Assembly (NCBI GenBank): GCA_963701095.1
Contig: OY969564.1
Location: 1,728,001-1,792,000 of the forward strand
Length of the DNA: 64,000 nucleotides
Source of the DNA: an uncultured Methanoregulaceae archaeon
Lineage (GTDB): Archaea; Halobacteriota; Methanomicrobia; Methanomicrobiales; Methanospirillaceae
Reading direction: 5' to 3'
The position numbers were made by a program, and so were the translations under genes. Each line of letters starts with the position of its first letter. The first letter of the stretch is position 1. The notes below the pieces were generated by a model, which was not told the DNA's origin, made no database searches, and worked only from the letters and a program-made list of their open reading frames with translations. Positions 51,368 through 62,167 of the stretch are shown one piece after another.

Positions 51368-51492
51368 GAAGTAGTTATATTGTAGTCTAAATGTATATAA
51401 TTTTCGCTAAAATTACAATCCTTAATGGCACTATAAGCGCATAGAAAGTATTAATACATTGTAGCTACATATTAGATATATAGTGAAATACA
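51368..51492. promoter_or_regulatory. Divergent promoter region for DUF2080 and the transposase
   Basis: BRE/TATA-like GAAAATTATATA (- strand, about 51394-51405) and GAAAGTATTAATA (+, 51444-51456), each followed by a related CATT...CTACA motif. Confidence 0.55.
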
Positions 51493-52680
51493 ATGGTACG
51501 CCAATTCACTGACCCAAGAGAATTAAGGGGACTGGCAATTCTCAGCCAGCCCGGTACGGTCATCCAGACCGGCAAGAATGTATGGGATGTTCGATCACAG
51601 AGCAAGGATGCCTATTACACCGTAGCCAGATTCTTCCCTGAGGACCGGAAGGCCAAGATCCTTTCTCAGGCAACCTGGACATGCACTTGCCCCGACTTTT
51701 TAACTCGCCATACGACGTGTAAACATCAGTACGCCGTCATGCTCTCGTTAAAACTTGCTGGTGATATAGAGGAGCACAGCACACCCGCACAGGTTGAGGA
51801 ATCTGAGCCAAATATTCTCTGCCCGGTCTGCAAGAGCGAGAATGTTATCAAGTGGGGAATCCGGAAAACAACATTCGGAGAGAACCAAAGGTTCCGCTGC
51901 CATGACTGCGGCCACAGATTTGTTATAGATAGGGGATTCTGCCGGATGAAGAACAGCCCGAAAACGATCACCCTCACCCTTGACCTCTACTTCAAAGGCG
52001 TATCACAGAGGAAAATTGCTGACCTCCTAAAACAGTTTGAGGATGTTAGCGTTTCCCAGCCCACAATCCTTGAATGGATTAAGAAATACTTGAAACTCCT
52101 TGCTAAGTATTCCGAGAAATACAAAGCCGACGTCGGTAACATTTGGCATTGTGATGAGACAACGGTGTTCATCAAGAAGGAGGGGGAAAAGAAGTATTAC
52201 CAGTGGATCTGGAACCTCATGGATGCCAAGACCCGCTACCTCCTTGCCTGCCAAGTCTCGGAAACCCGCTATGTCAAAGATGCACGCAAGCCGTTACAAA
52301 AGGCAAAAGAAGTGGCTCTAAATGTGCCGGACGCGATCGTAACCGATGGACTGCCAGCTTACCCTGAGGCAATCAAGGCAGAATATTATGGACTCGGAAG
52401 AATCCAGAACCCCCACATCCGGCTGAAAGATTTCGAGACAAAGCCAAACAACAATATCCTCGGAAGGCTTAACGGAACCTTCCGTGAGAGGACAAAGGTA
52501 GTGCGGTCATTCGATAGTGGAATTGGAGCTGAGGAGTTCGCTACTGGGATGCAAACCTATTACAATTATATCAGACCGCATCAGGGAATCGGTGGGCTTG
52601 TACCAGCTCAGCTTGCAAATATCCCAATTAATCTGACAGGGAACCGATGGGAAACGATGATCGGATTGGCAGTAAAATAA
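51493..52680 (+). CDS. IS6-family DDE transposase with N-terminal SWIM finger and zinc ribbon
   Basis: CTCPDF...CKH, CPVC...CHDC, HTH (VSQPTILEWI), WHCDET, IVTDG, NNILGRLN and YNYIRPH. Confidence 0.88.
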   Translation: MVRQFTDPRELRGLAILSQPGTVIQTGKNVWDVRSQSKDAYYTVARFFPEDRKAKILSQATWTCTCPDFLTRHTTCKHQYAVMLSLKLAGDIEEHSTPAQVEESEPNILCPVCKSENVIKWGIRKTTFGENQRFRCHDCGHRFVIDRGFCRMKNSPKTITLTLDLYFKGVSQRKIADLLKQFEDVSVSQPTILEWIKKYLKLLAKYSEKYKADVGNIWHCDETTVFIKKEGEKKYYQWIWNLMDAKTRYLLACQVSETRYVKDARKPLQKAKEVALNVPDAIVTDGLPAYPEAIKAEYYGLGRIQNPHIRLKDFETKPNNNILGRLNGTFRERTKVVRSFDSGIGAEEFATGMQTYYNYIRPHQGIGGLVPAQLANIPINLTGNRWETMIGLAVK

Positions 52681-52688
52681 TTTTTAGT

Positions 52689-53213
52689 TTAATTTGTTTT
52701 TGGAATTGGGATAATGCCTGCTCTTTTCAGAACACTTTCAACTCTGTCAGAATAATTAGGTTTTAAAGCAGTGACTATTGCTACTAATTGCTTATCATTT
52801 GATCCCACGTCTGTGTTGTCTAAAACAAAATATGCTGTGGCAATAAGAGATAATTCTACGGCATTGAATTTTCCAAATTTTGTAACAATACGATCAATTG
52901 CATCGGTTGTTGATTTTGTAAGTTCAACGCCACTTAACAATTCAGTAGAATCGATTTTGATGTCATACCCCTTGTCTTCAATCCAGTCAATTTTTAATAA
53001 TTTAGATTCTCCGGCAAAAGTAACGTCTTGCGAGACTTGATTGGAATACGGCCCATAATGGTACATTTTGTAAGTATAATCTGTAATTCCCTCTCGATTC
53101 AAAAGGAATATTATTTTTTGTATTGCCGTCGTACCAACTTGATGTTTTGTGGAAGTCAGTAATTTTTGGGTAGTATACGTTATAATTTTCAATCTATCTT
53201 TAAGTTCCGTCAT
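52689..53213 (-). CDS. YwgA/Panacea(SocA)-like protein
   Basis: GTTAIQKIIFLL, YHYGPYS and LSLIAT; ATGA overlap with the HD gene. Confidence 0.7.
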   Translation of the reverse strand: MTELKDRLKIITYTTQKLLTSTKHQVGTTAIQKIIFLLNREGITDYTYKMYHYGPYSNQVSQDVTFAGESKLLKIDWIEDKGYDIKIDSTELLSGVELTKSTTDAIDRIVTKFGKFNAVELSLIATAYFVLDNTDVGSNDKQLVAIVTALKPNYSDRVESVLKRAGIIPIPKTN

Positions 53214-54462
53214 AATCCTAACCTCGCAATTATTTTTTTTGCTTTTTCATAATCCTCAGATTTAACATAAACTCTGGTAAATTTTGTGTTCCCTAATAAA
53301 GACATAATGCGTGAGTAGTGTGAAAGTGGATGGGCATGCCCATCTTTATCAATTATCATGATTCCAGCACTAGGATCAAGATCGTACCATGTTTTTCCCG
53401 GGTCGTCTTTGATGCATTCTATACCTTTACTTCCAAATGATTTAGAAATTTGATCTAGATTTGCTTCATGGTTTTCAGATAGGTTTTCAATTTTATAAAT
53501 GCATTTTAGATGATTTCTTGAACAAATTGATTTACACCAATAATTATTACTCGTAAGAATATTCACCCACACAGAATAATCATCATATTTTACAAATTCA
53601 TTAATTTCAGATGGAGGGGGGTATTCGTTGATGATAGATTTTAGTGCCCGATGAAGCATAATGTCATAAGACCTCCGCACATCGTGAAAAATGACTTGCG
53701 AATATATCTGATAACGCGCAAGTATCATTGCCTCTGCATTTTGCCATCCGTCTTCATTTATCCCAATAACGGGATCATCGGTTTCTGGGTGTGTTCCGAT
53801 TGAAATAGTTCCAAGAATCCTCGCTAAATCATATATTCCATATTTAACACCAATATGGTAAGAATCTCGTAAAAGATAATCGGCTCTATCTGCATCCAAT
53901 TGACTTGAAATTATTGATCCCCAGAATAGTTTCGATGCCCCCGCAGTTGGATCTCTTTCTAGCACTTGCGCAATCTCATCAGAAGAAATACGAAGATTTG
54001 CTTTATTATGGGGGTTTCCTTCTATCTTCTCTTTAGTGGGCCTTTAATCAAAGCAACAGTATAATCTTCATGAGTATAACGTTTATTTCCAGATTTAATT
54101 GGAAAAAGATCCTCCCCGGAGTGCGAAAATGGGCTATGGCCTATATCGTGAAGCAATGCAGCTAATCTAATTACAAATAGCTCTCGCTCCAATCCGATAT
54201 CTTCATACTGGAATTTATCTCTCAAAATATTGTTGTTTTCTTCGTAAGATCGAATAGTGTTAAACATCGCGTCTGCGACGTGCATTACCCCCAAAGAATG
54301 TTCAAAACGCGTGTGGGTTGCTGCCGGATAGACCATCTCAGTTAATGCGAGTTGTTTGATTCGTCTTAGCCGTTGAAAAATTGGATGAGATATAATGGAT
54401 TTTTCGAAATCGGTGAACTCTATGAATCCGTGAATTGGATCGCGAACTTCATTCCAATCCAA
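53210..54462 (-). CDS. HD-domain phosphohydrolase (YwfO/SAMHD1-like dNTPase family), with a 1-nt frameshift near 54033
   Basis: RDPIHG, FQRLRRIKQL, HTRFEHSLG, LLHDIGHSPFSH, then LDADRADYLLRD and YSQVIFH. One extra A joins the frames as PLKEKIEGNPHN. TTG start follows GAGGCG. Confidence 0.85.
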
Positions 54463-54600
54463 TAGAACGCCTCTTTTTTGAATATATTTCCTGAAAGAAT
54501 ATATTTTTCTATATTGGTTTTGAAAATGTGTCAAATTTATCGGTTCATGGAAGTATGCTTGCGCGACCACCCGTGAGTTATCACTGGGGGTCAAATTTAT

Positions 54601-54626
54601 CGAACCCCCGCCAACCTATCAGAACC
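54601..54626 (-). repeat. Right terminal inverted repeat
   Basis: Reverse complement reads GGTTCTGATAGGTTGGCGGGGGTTCG. Confidence 0.9.
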
Positions 54627-54634
54627 CTCTTGTT
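54627..54634. repeat. Right 8-bp target-site duplication CTCTTGTT
   Basis: Identical to 47230-47237. Confidence 0.9.
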
Positions 54635-54655
54635 AATATGCCAGGAAAAAAAAGG

Positions 54656-55261
54656 TCAGTCAATACGGGATATTTTGAAGAGCGAATAGACCGGTACGCC
54701 ATCAATGTCCCGGATACCGCGCTTATCGAAAATAACCCATATTGCTACCGGGACTGCACCATGTTTCTTAAGGTATTTGACAACCTCACGCATCGTGTTC
54801 CCTGACGTGATAACATCATCGACAATAATGCACCGTTCCTTGGCCACAGGTGCAAAGTTCCCGCTGATTGACCCGACGGGATGGTCGCTGGCGTTCTGTT
54901 TTGAGGGATGATAGATAGCCAGCTGGGATGCTTCCTGGACTGATATAACCGTCGCTAACGGGATGCCGGAAAGAGCAATTCCCACGATAACATCTGCGGA
55001 TGCGGAAGCTGGGTCTTTCTGCGAACCATAATACCGGTTCATCAGCATTAAGGCGATCCCGTCAAGCAAAGGAGCCTGGCTGCTTACTGCCGTCCAGTCG
55101 ATGTGGACATCCTTTGGCGCTGCTGCACCACCATTTGCCTGGGTCAAAAGCCAGGTCACTGTTTCCATGGAGAGGGAAAGTTCGTCTGCAATCTGGCCGG
55201 GGCTGTGACCTTCTGATAAAAGAAGTTTAGCTCTGGCGATCAGATCGTCAAGGGAAGACAT
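54656..55261 (-). CDS. PyrE-like phosphoribosyltransferase-domain protein with N-terminal HTH (GfcR-like)
   Basis: [22 protein letters not shown] and IVDDVITSG. Confidence 0.85.
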   Translation of the reverse strand: MSSLDDLIARAKLLLSEGHSPGQIADELSLSMETVTWLLTQANGGAAAPKDVHIDWTAVSSQAPLLDGIALMLMNRYYGSQKDPASASADVIVGIALSGIPLATVISVQEASQLAIYHPSKQNASDHPVGSISGNFAPVAKERCIIVDDVITSGNTMREVVKYLKKHGAVPVAIWVIFDKRGIRDIDGVPVYSLFKISRID

Positions 55262-55281
55262 GCAAAAAGGTTCGTGGTAAT

Positions 55282-55737
55282 CTATTTAAGTTTTCTTTTT
55301 ATGGCCGAACCGCAGACCGGGCATTCGCCGTCTGTTTTAAAATACCGGCCACAGCCGCTGCACCGGAATTTCCACTGGATCTTTTTTGCCTGCCGTTGCT
55401 GGAGTGACAGGACAGGAATGCCTAAGCCAGAAGCCACGTTCTGGATCGCAAAATCGTCTGTAACGATAGTTGCCCCCAGCTCTCCGGCAAGGGCAAGGAC
55501 ATCACAATCGGTACCGGAGATCACCTGGAGATCGCCGGATTTTTCTGCCGCGACCAGAATCCGGGCCCGTTCACCGGCGTCCGGGAGACGCACCTGGAGC
55601 CCGGATTCGGTCAGGAGATCGAAACGGCATTTGCTGGCAAGATCAAGGAGCTCATCCACCACAGATGGTGTTGTGTAGTATTCCCCGGTGAGCGGGTAGT
55701 TCGCAAAAAAAAACGAAGCATCGAGGATGTATTTCAT
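55282..55737 (-). CDS. nob1: Nob1-family PIN endonuclease
   Basis: [19 protein letters not shown] and CSGC...CPVCG. Confidence 0.9.
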   Translation of the reverse strand: MKYILDASFFFANYPLTGEYYTTPSVVDELLDLASKCRFDLLTESGLQVRLPDAGERARILVAAEKSGDLQVISGTDCDVLALAGELGATIVTDDFAIQNVASGLGIPVLSLQQRQAKKIQWKFRCSGCGRYFKTDGECPVCGSAIKRKLK

Positions 55738-55782
55738 GGTCCTTTCACCAAAACCGGAAAATGACCGGGCGTTTCGGCTTTT

Positions 55783-56628
55783 TCAGCCCCTGATGGCAGC
55801 AGCAATGCTTTTTGCGGCTGAGAACCTGCTACAGCTTCGTTCAATAGTGTCACTGCAGCATATATCCCGGACCTCGCCCACTTTAAGATGAGTATATGCA
55901 CCACCAATTAACACGCCGTGAACGCAGATGGCATACACATCGGTCGCTCCCTGTTTATACAACATGTTTGAAGCCGTGGCAATAGTACCTCCCGTTGAGA
56001 TAATATCGTCCACAATTACAACCGGCCGCGAAGCGGCACAGAGCTTTTTTGGTGCCATCTTTACTTCGACTCCCGATAGTCGGGTTTTTTCAAGATGATC
56101 ATAATCCCACCCCCCTTTAGATGCAACACTTTCTGCGAAAGCCAGTGCCCCGTCATCGGGGGCAAGTATCAGGGGATCGGACAGGCCCATAGATGCGATA
56201 CAGTCGCCAATATCTCCGGCGAGAGAAATATTGGTAACCGGTACTTTGAAGTAATTCAGCACTGACGGTTCGTGGATGTTGACCGTGATGCAATCCTTTA
56301 TTCCTTCCCCGAAAAGCCCCGCTATCGCCCGGGCACTTATCGGTTCGCCGTCCCTGAACCGTTTGTCCTGCCTGGCATACCCCATGTAAGGAAGCACAAG
56401 GTGATTTTTTGATCCTTCACAGGCATCGATGAGGAGGAGCAGCTGGATGAGCGCATCACTGTCTGTGATGCTTCCCACGATGACCGTTTCGTCATCCAGT
56501 TTGCCTGCGGCCAAGTATAACTCGCCATCAGGAAACCGGGAGAATTTCACATCGACCACAGTAGTATTCAACGCGGTGGCGATGCGGGCGGCAAGAATCT
56601 GGGATTTTTCCGTGCTTATCACTTTCAT
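55783..56628 (-). CDS. prs: Ribose-phosphate pyrophosphokinase
   Basis: FPDGE, PYMGYARQD, APDDG and VDDIISTGGT. Confidence 0.93.
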   Translation of the reverse strand: MKVISTEKSQILAARIATALNTTVVDVKFSRFPDGELYLAAGKLDDETVIVGSITDSDALIQLLLLIDACEGSKNHLVLPYMGYARQDKRFRDGEPISARAIAGLFGEGIKDCITVNIHEPSVLNYFKVPVTNISLAGDIGDCIASMGLSDPLILAPDDGALAFAESVASKGGWDYDHLEKTRLSGVEVKMAPKKLCAASRPVVIVDDIISTGGTIATASNMLYKQGATDVYAICVHGVLIGGAYTHLKVGEVRDICCSDTIERSCSRFSAAKSIAAAIRG

Positions 56629-56820
56629 GATACCATACCTGTTCCCGGGAAGGGTTCGGGAATTTCATTTCCCGCTTTACTATTACATTCTGCCGGTAGT
56701 ATTATTTTTGCCTAGGCTTTTGTGAGGTAATATCGGAGTGTTGCATACTGCTGAAAGTACTTAAACTATCATGCGTCAAAGTATATGCACACTAGAGGGT
56801 CAAAAAGAGGAAAATTTCCA

Positions 56821-58779
56821 ATGGAAAATTCAAAACCAGAAGGTCAAGAACAGGAAAATACTGCCGCTCCGATAGCACAGCCGGGAACGGTAGCTTCAGC
56901 ACCGGAAACGCCCGTTATTGAAGGGGCATCTTCCCAAATTCAGGTTCCGCCAAAGCTGATCGATCAGGTAATCGGCCAGGAACGCGCCGTTGAAGTAATC
57001 CGGAAAGCCTCAACCCAGCGCCGGCATGTGATGATGATCGGGAGCCCGGGCACCGGCAAATCGATGCTTGCAAAAGCAATGGCTGAGCTCCTGCCCAAAG
57101 AAGATCTTCAGGATATCCTTGTCTACCCCAACTCTGACGATCCTAACAATCCTATTATCCGGACAGTCGCCGCAGGACGAGGCAAACAGATTGTCTCCGC
57201 GCATAAGATAGAAGCCAAGAAAAAGATCCAGTTCAGGAACACTCTTCTCCTGATCCTCCTCATCGGTATTATTGGCTACGCGTTCATCACGTACCAGTGG
57301 CTCATGGGAATTATCGCGGCAGCCTTTGTATTCATGGCGCTCCGCTATACGATGCCCCGTGAAGAAGCAATGGTGCCGAAACTCCTTGTTTCAAACGACG
57401 TGAAGAGTAATCCGCCGTTTATTGACGGTACAGGGACCCATGCCGGCGCCCTTTTGGGGGATGTCAGGCATGACCCGTTCCAGAGTGGTGGACTTGAGAC
57501 GCCGGCACACGACCGGGTAGAAGCCGGCGCGATTCACCGGTCTAATGGGGGCGTGCTTTTTATTGATGAGATCAACACCCTCGATCCCCATTCCCAGCAG
57601 AACCTGCTGACCGCTCTCCAGGAAGGGGAATTCCCCATCACCGGCCAGAGTGAGCGATCCAGCGGTGCGATGGTGAGAACCGAACCGGTTCCCTGCAGGT
57701 TCGTTATGGTCGCCGCCGGAAATCTTGACGCAATCCAGGGCATGCACCCGGCACTGCGTTCCCGTATCCGCGGGTACGGGTACGAGGTCTACATGGCTGA
57801 AAGCATGGAAGACACGCCGGAGAACCAGCAGAAATATATCCGGTTCATTGCGCAGGAAGTCAAAAATGATGCGAAGATCCCGCATTTTGACAAGAGTGCC
57901 ATCGATGAGATTATCCGCGAAGCCCGCCGGCGTTCAAACCGCAAAGGGAACCTTACCCTGAAACTCCGTGATATGGGCGGTCTTATCCGGGTTGCCGGGG
58001 ATATCGCACGGCAGGAAGGTGCGACGCTGACGACAGCGGAGCATGTTATCACTGCAAAGAAGACAGCGCGATCGATTGAAGACCAGGTCTCTGATGAAGT
58101 CACCCGCCACCTGAGGGAGTACGAGATGACGGTTGTCGAAGGAACCCGGATCGGCAGGGTAAATGGCCTTGCGGTCACCGGCAGCGATGCCGGGTCCGTG
58201 CTGCCGATCATGGCAGAAGTAACACCTGCCATCGGTAAAGAGGGCGGGGAAGTTATCGCTACCGGGTTACTCAAGGAGATTGCGCAGGAATCCATCAAGA
58301 ACGTTTCCGCCATCCTGAAAAAGTTTACCGGAAAGGATGTGAAAAACATCGATATCCATATCCAGTTCATCGGTACGTATATGGGTGTCGAAGGCGATTC
58401 CGCGTCAGTCAGCGTTGCAACAGCCGTGATCAGCGCTATTGAAGGGATCCCTGTCAGGCAGGACCTGGCAATGACCGGTTCCCTTTCTGTCCGTGGGGAC
58501 GTCCTCCCGGTCGGCGGCGTGACCTACAAGATCGAGGCGGCAGCAAAAGCCGGGATAAAGACTGTGCTCATCCCCCGGATGAACATCAATGATGTGCTCA
58601 TTGAAGAGCAGTACAAGTCCATGGTGACCATTATTCCGGTCGATACCATTGATGATGTCCTCAAGCAGGCGCTTGTCCCGGAGAACATGGACGGGTTCCT
58701 TTCGAAGCTAAAACAGATGGCTGTTCGTTCGACCTCGGTTTTTGCTGATGTGCCGGCCATCAAAACAACGACGGCATGA
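56821..58779 (+). CDS. lonB: Archaeal membrane-anchored Lon protease
   Basis: [10 protein letters not shown] insert, FIDEI, EGDSAS and PVGGVTYK. Confidence 0.95.
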   Translation: MENSKPEGQEQENTAAPIAQPGTVASAPETPVIEGASSQIQVPPKLIDQVIGQERAVEVIRKASTQRRHVMMIGSPGTGKSMLAKAMAELLPKEDLQDILVYPNSDDPNNPIIRTVAAGRGKQIVSAHKIEAKKKIQFRNTLLLILLIGIIGYAFITYQWLMGIIAAAFVFMALRYTMPREEAMVPKLLVSNDVKSNPPFIDGTGTHAGALLGDVRHDPFQSGGLETPAHDRVEAGAIHRSNGGVLFIDEINTLDPHSQQNLLTALQEGEFPITGQSERSSGAMVRTEPVPCRFVMVAAGNLDAIQGMHPALRSRIRGYGYEVYMAESMEDTPENQQKYIRFIAQEVKNDAKIPHFDKSAIDEIIREARRRSNRKGNLTLKLRDMGGLIRVAGDIARQEGATLTTAEHVITAKKTARSIEDQVSDEVTRHLREYEMTVVEGTRIGRVNGLAVTGSDAGSVLPIMAEVTPAIGKEGGEVIATGLLKEIAQESIKNVSAILKKFTGKDVKNIDIHIQFIGTYMGVEGDSASVSVATAVISAIEGIPVRQDLAMTGSLSVRGDVLPVGGVTYKIEAAAKAGIKTVLIPRMNINDVLIEEQYKSMVTIIPVDTIDDVLKQALVPENMDGFLSKLKQMAVRSTSVFADVPAIKTTTA

Positions 58780-60115
58780 CAGAACCTCCCGGCATCCGGT
58801 ATTACGACCTGCGTCAGGTTAACGGCCAGTCTACGCATATCGATATCGATAAAGGTGTGATAGAATCTGCCGGAACCGTTTTTTTCAATAAGGCTGTAAT
58901 CCGGGTCTCGGGCCTAAAGGCTGGGGAGTACTCCAGCTCGACAATTACCATCATGAACACGGCAAAAAATTTGACGAATTATTAACATCTGCCCAAAAAC
59001 TCTCAGCCGTAGCCGATGATACGATAAACCTGGGAGATGCACCCCGCAGCCTGCGACCTGTCCCCCCGGTAAAAGAGGACTGTCGTGACGTTGATATTGA
59101 AGAAAAGGCATCACTCCTCCTTGCCATCGAGAAAGCTGCAGACCTGCCCCAGGTGACCAGCCGGCGGGCAAATTATCTTGAAAGGATCGAAAACGTCAGG
59201 TTCATAGACAGTTCCGGCAGTGAATACGGCTACGAGATCTGCCGATCCGGATTTTCGGTGATGGCTGTTGCTTCCCGCAACGGGACCGTCCAGATGGGAT
59301 ATGAACCGGATCATACTATCCGGGGGTTCAATCTCCGGCACCGGGAAGATATGGGAAGAAAAGCTGCAGAAACGGCAATTGCCCTTCTTGATGCCAGTGC
59401 TGCAAAAGGCGGAAAAATGCATGCCATCCTGGATCCGGAACTTGCAGGTGTGTTTGCCCATGAGGCAGTCGGCCACGCGAGTGAAGGTGACCTTATCGAG
59501 GAAGGTAATTCCGTCCTGAAAGGAAGGATTGGAGAGAAGATCGGGGACGCCCGCCTTACCATCGTTGATGACCCGTCCCTGCACGAATTCGGATTTGAGC
59601 CTGTAGATGCTGAAGGCATATCGGCGGACAGGACCGAAATCATCAGCGCCGGGAAGGTTAACGCATTCCTGCACAACCGTCAGACACTTGCCGCGGTGGG
59701 AAATGGCGTTGCAGGTCACGCCCGTGCCATGCCCGGGGAACCGCCGCTTGTCCGGATGAGTAATACCTTCATTGAAACGGGAGATGCCACCGACGAAGAA
59801 ATCTTTGCTGAATGCAAAGAGGGGATCTATCTTGTTGGCTCAAGAGGCGGGCAGGTAGATCCGGGCAGGGGTGTTTTCCAGTTCAACGCGGAGTACGGTT
59901 ACCTGATCGAGCATGGGGAACGGACACGGATGGTCCGCGACGTTTCGCTCTCCGGTGAGATCCTTACAACCCTTCACGGTATTTCCCTGTGTGGCAGGAA
60001 ACGGGTTATGCACTCGGGATACTGCGGAAAAGGCGGCCAGAGCGTGCCGGTGAGTGACGGAGCTCCTCTGATGTTTCTCCGTGATGCGGTGGTGGGTGGC
60101 AGTGGCGTGGATTGA
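58776..60115 (+). CDS. tldD: TldD-family metalloprotease, with a 1-nt frameshift near 58907
   Basis: HEAVGH, RMSNT and CGKGGQ; the N-terminal ORF joins as IRV(L)GPKGWG. Confidence 0.87.
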
Positions 60116-61392
60116 GGACCTGTTTAAAGAAGGTGAAAAACGGGTCGAAGAACTTGAGGTATATTGTTTTTCGGGGACTTCGGTCTCTGCCGATCTGAAA
60201 CAGAGCCACGTAAGTCTCTGCTCATCATCCGTCGAGAGCGGCCTGTGCATACGGACCATCAATAAGGGAAAGATAGGATCGTCAAGTACAAATGATCCGG
60301 GTCAGTGGCAGGCATGCCTTGACGCTGCCATTGCAGGTGGCAGAGCTCGCTACGCCGCAGGAATGGAGAGGATTACCGGATCCTGTCATACTGCCGTCGA
60401 CTCATTTAACATACGATCCCCGTATTATAGTGGAACCGGCAACGGCACAGACTCTTCTCGACGGCATGCTTGAGGGAGCTGCAACTTACCCTGATGCGAT
60501 GGTTACTTCCGGTGGCGCAGGAATTTCGGTCGGCGAAATTACCTTTGCCAACAGCCATGGTGCCCGTTATATATCCCGGCACTCGGAAGTATCAATCTCG
60601 CTTGAAGCGATCAGTGGCCAGTCTACGGGGTATGAATTCGACAATGCCTGTGTCCATGGAAGGGTTAACCCGCATCGTGTAGGGGAACAGGCCGCATTCT
60701 TTGCGTCACGGTCAGCCGGCGGAAAGGATGTTCCCTCCGGTGAATATGATGTCATCCTTTCTCCTATGGCATACGCGGACCTTCTTTCCGGGATCTTTGT
60801 GCCGGCATTAAACGGGCGAAACGTATTGCAGGGCCGCTCGAAGCTGGCAGGAAAGATTGGAGAATCTGTTACATCTCCTATACTATCCATGTTTGACGAT
60901 CCTCACTTGAAGGATACCTCCGGAAGCACGTGGTTTGATGCTGAGGGAACACCCACCCGGCGGCTGGACTTCGTTAAAAACGGGGTTCTCAACGGGTTTG
61001 CGTACGATCTCAAGACTGCCTATAAAGCCGGGAAACAGTCTACCGGGAGTGCAGTCAGGGGAGGATTTGCCGGGCTTCCCGCTATTGGGCACCATAATTT
61101 TGTTGTAGACGGGAAACGTGAAGATGTACTTGACGAACCGGCAATCTATGTGCATAGCGTCGTGGGAGCCCACACTGCAAACCCCCTGAGCGGGGACTTT
61201 TCAGTCGAGATGTCGAACCCCTTCTGGGTAAAAGATGGTGCCCTTGCAGAACCGGTCCGGGGAGCAATGCTCACGGGCAATTTCTTCGATCTCCAGTATC
61301 AGGTAACTGCCCTAGGTAAAGAGAGCCGGGCCGTTGGATCCTTTATTGTTCCCCCGGTAAAATTCAACAAGGTCAGGGTTATTGGGAAATAA
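60102..61392 (+). CDS. pmbA: PmbA/TldE-family protein, with a 1-nt frameshift near 60345
   Basis: Follows tldD; FDAEG and GAHTANPLSGDFS; N-terminal part lies in another frame. Confidence 0.85.
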
Positions 61393-61788
61393 AGATCTTT
61401 TAATCCTGTGTTCTCCGGTTCGTACCGTGATGAAGGAATCGATAAGGGTATTCTATTCTCATGGTTTGCGTGTGAACGCTCGTTCATGTGCGTTTCTCCA
61501 GAGCCCGATTTTTGCATGTCCCTATGAGAGTCTATGCGGATTTATCTGTCCGAGGTAAAAGGTATGGATATAGGCCACTTGCCCAGTCAATATTACGTCG
61601 GTGATTTTTGCATGTCCATAAAGAAGGGCACAGATCAGGTGGATAATAGGATGAAACATAAGCTTTTCAAGTGTGCAACGGGTATGGAAATTATGCAAAA
61701 AGGTCCATTGGATATTCCGATGGAATTATGAGAAAGGAAAGTATCGTTAAACACTTCCGTTCCAAACAATCTCCCTTTACTTGAGAGG

Positions 61789-62167
61789 TCATCCGGCTAA
61801 AAGATGGGGTAGAATCACAGAGGCGTTATTGAGTATAACGACGGTATACATGACGATCAGTACTGCATATAAAGCAGTACCTGATCCCTTGACCCGGGCT
61901 TCTGCAATGATAGCGACGGCGATAACAAGGATAAGAATACCGATTTTGAGGAGCATGTGCAGGAACGGCGAGTTCACTACCCCGGACATCATGGGATTGA
62001 GTCTCCATTCCTCCCAAATTAAGAATGAGCTGAGTGGTCAGAATGTCAAGCAGGAAAAGACCTGCAAGAATAGAGGGAAGGATTATCCATAGCGGGATAC
62101 TTGTTCCAGCTTTTTCGGGACGAATATGGCAGTCATTCCGAAGAACTCCCCTGCTCCTATCGGCCAT
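61789..62167 (-). CDS. Small membrane protein (DUF5658-like), with a 1-nt frameshift near 62002
   Basis: LLDILTT...GGME(L)NPMM...LLKI...VVILNN when the two ORFs are joined. Confidence 0.55.

Larger units (their letters stand above)
47238..54626. mobile_element. 7,389-bp IS6-family unit transposon with cargo on both sides of a single transposase
   Basis: 26-bp TIRs (23/26 identical, starting GG), exact 8-bp TSD, internal DDE transposase and AT-rich cargo; interrupts otherwise core gene order. Confidence 0.9.

Noticed and set aside
54463..54594. N-terminal extension of the HD ORF shown in the ORF track
   Set aside because: It runs into the transposon end region. Family similarity begins at RDPIHG, and the TTG at 54462 has a ribosome-binding-like GAGGCG.
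47238..54626. Composite transposon, casposon or provirus interpretation
   Set aside because: There is only one transposase, and no Cas1, polB, integrase or capsid gene.
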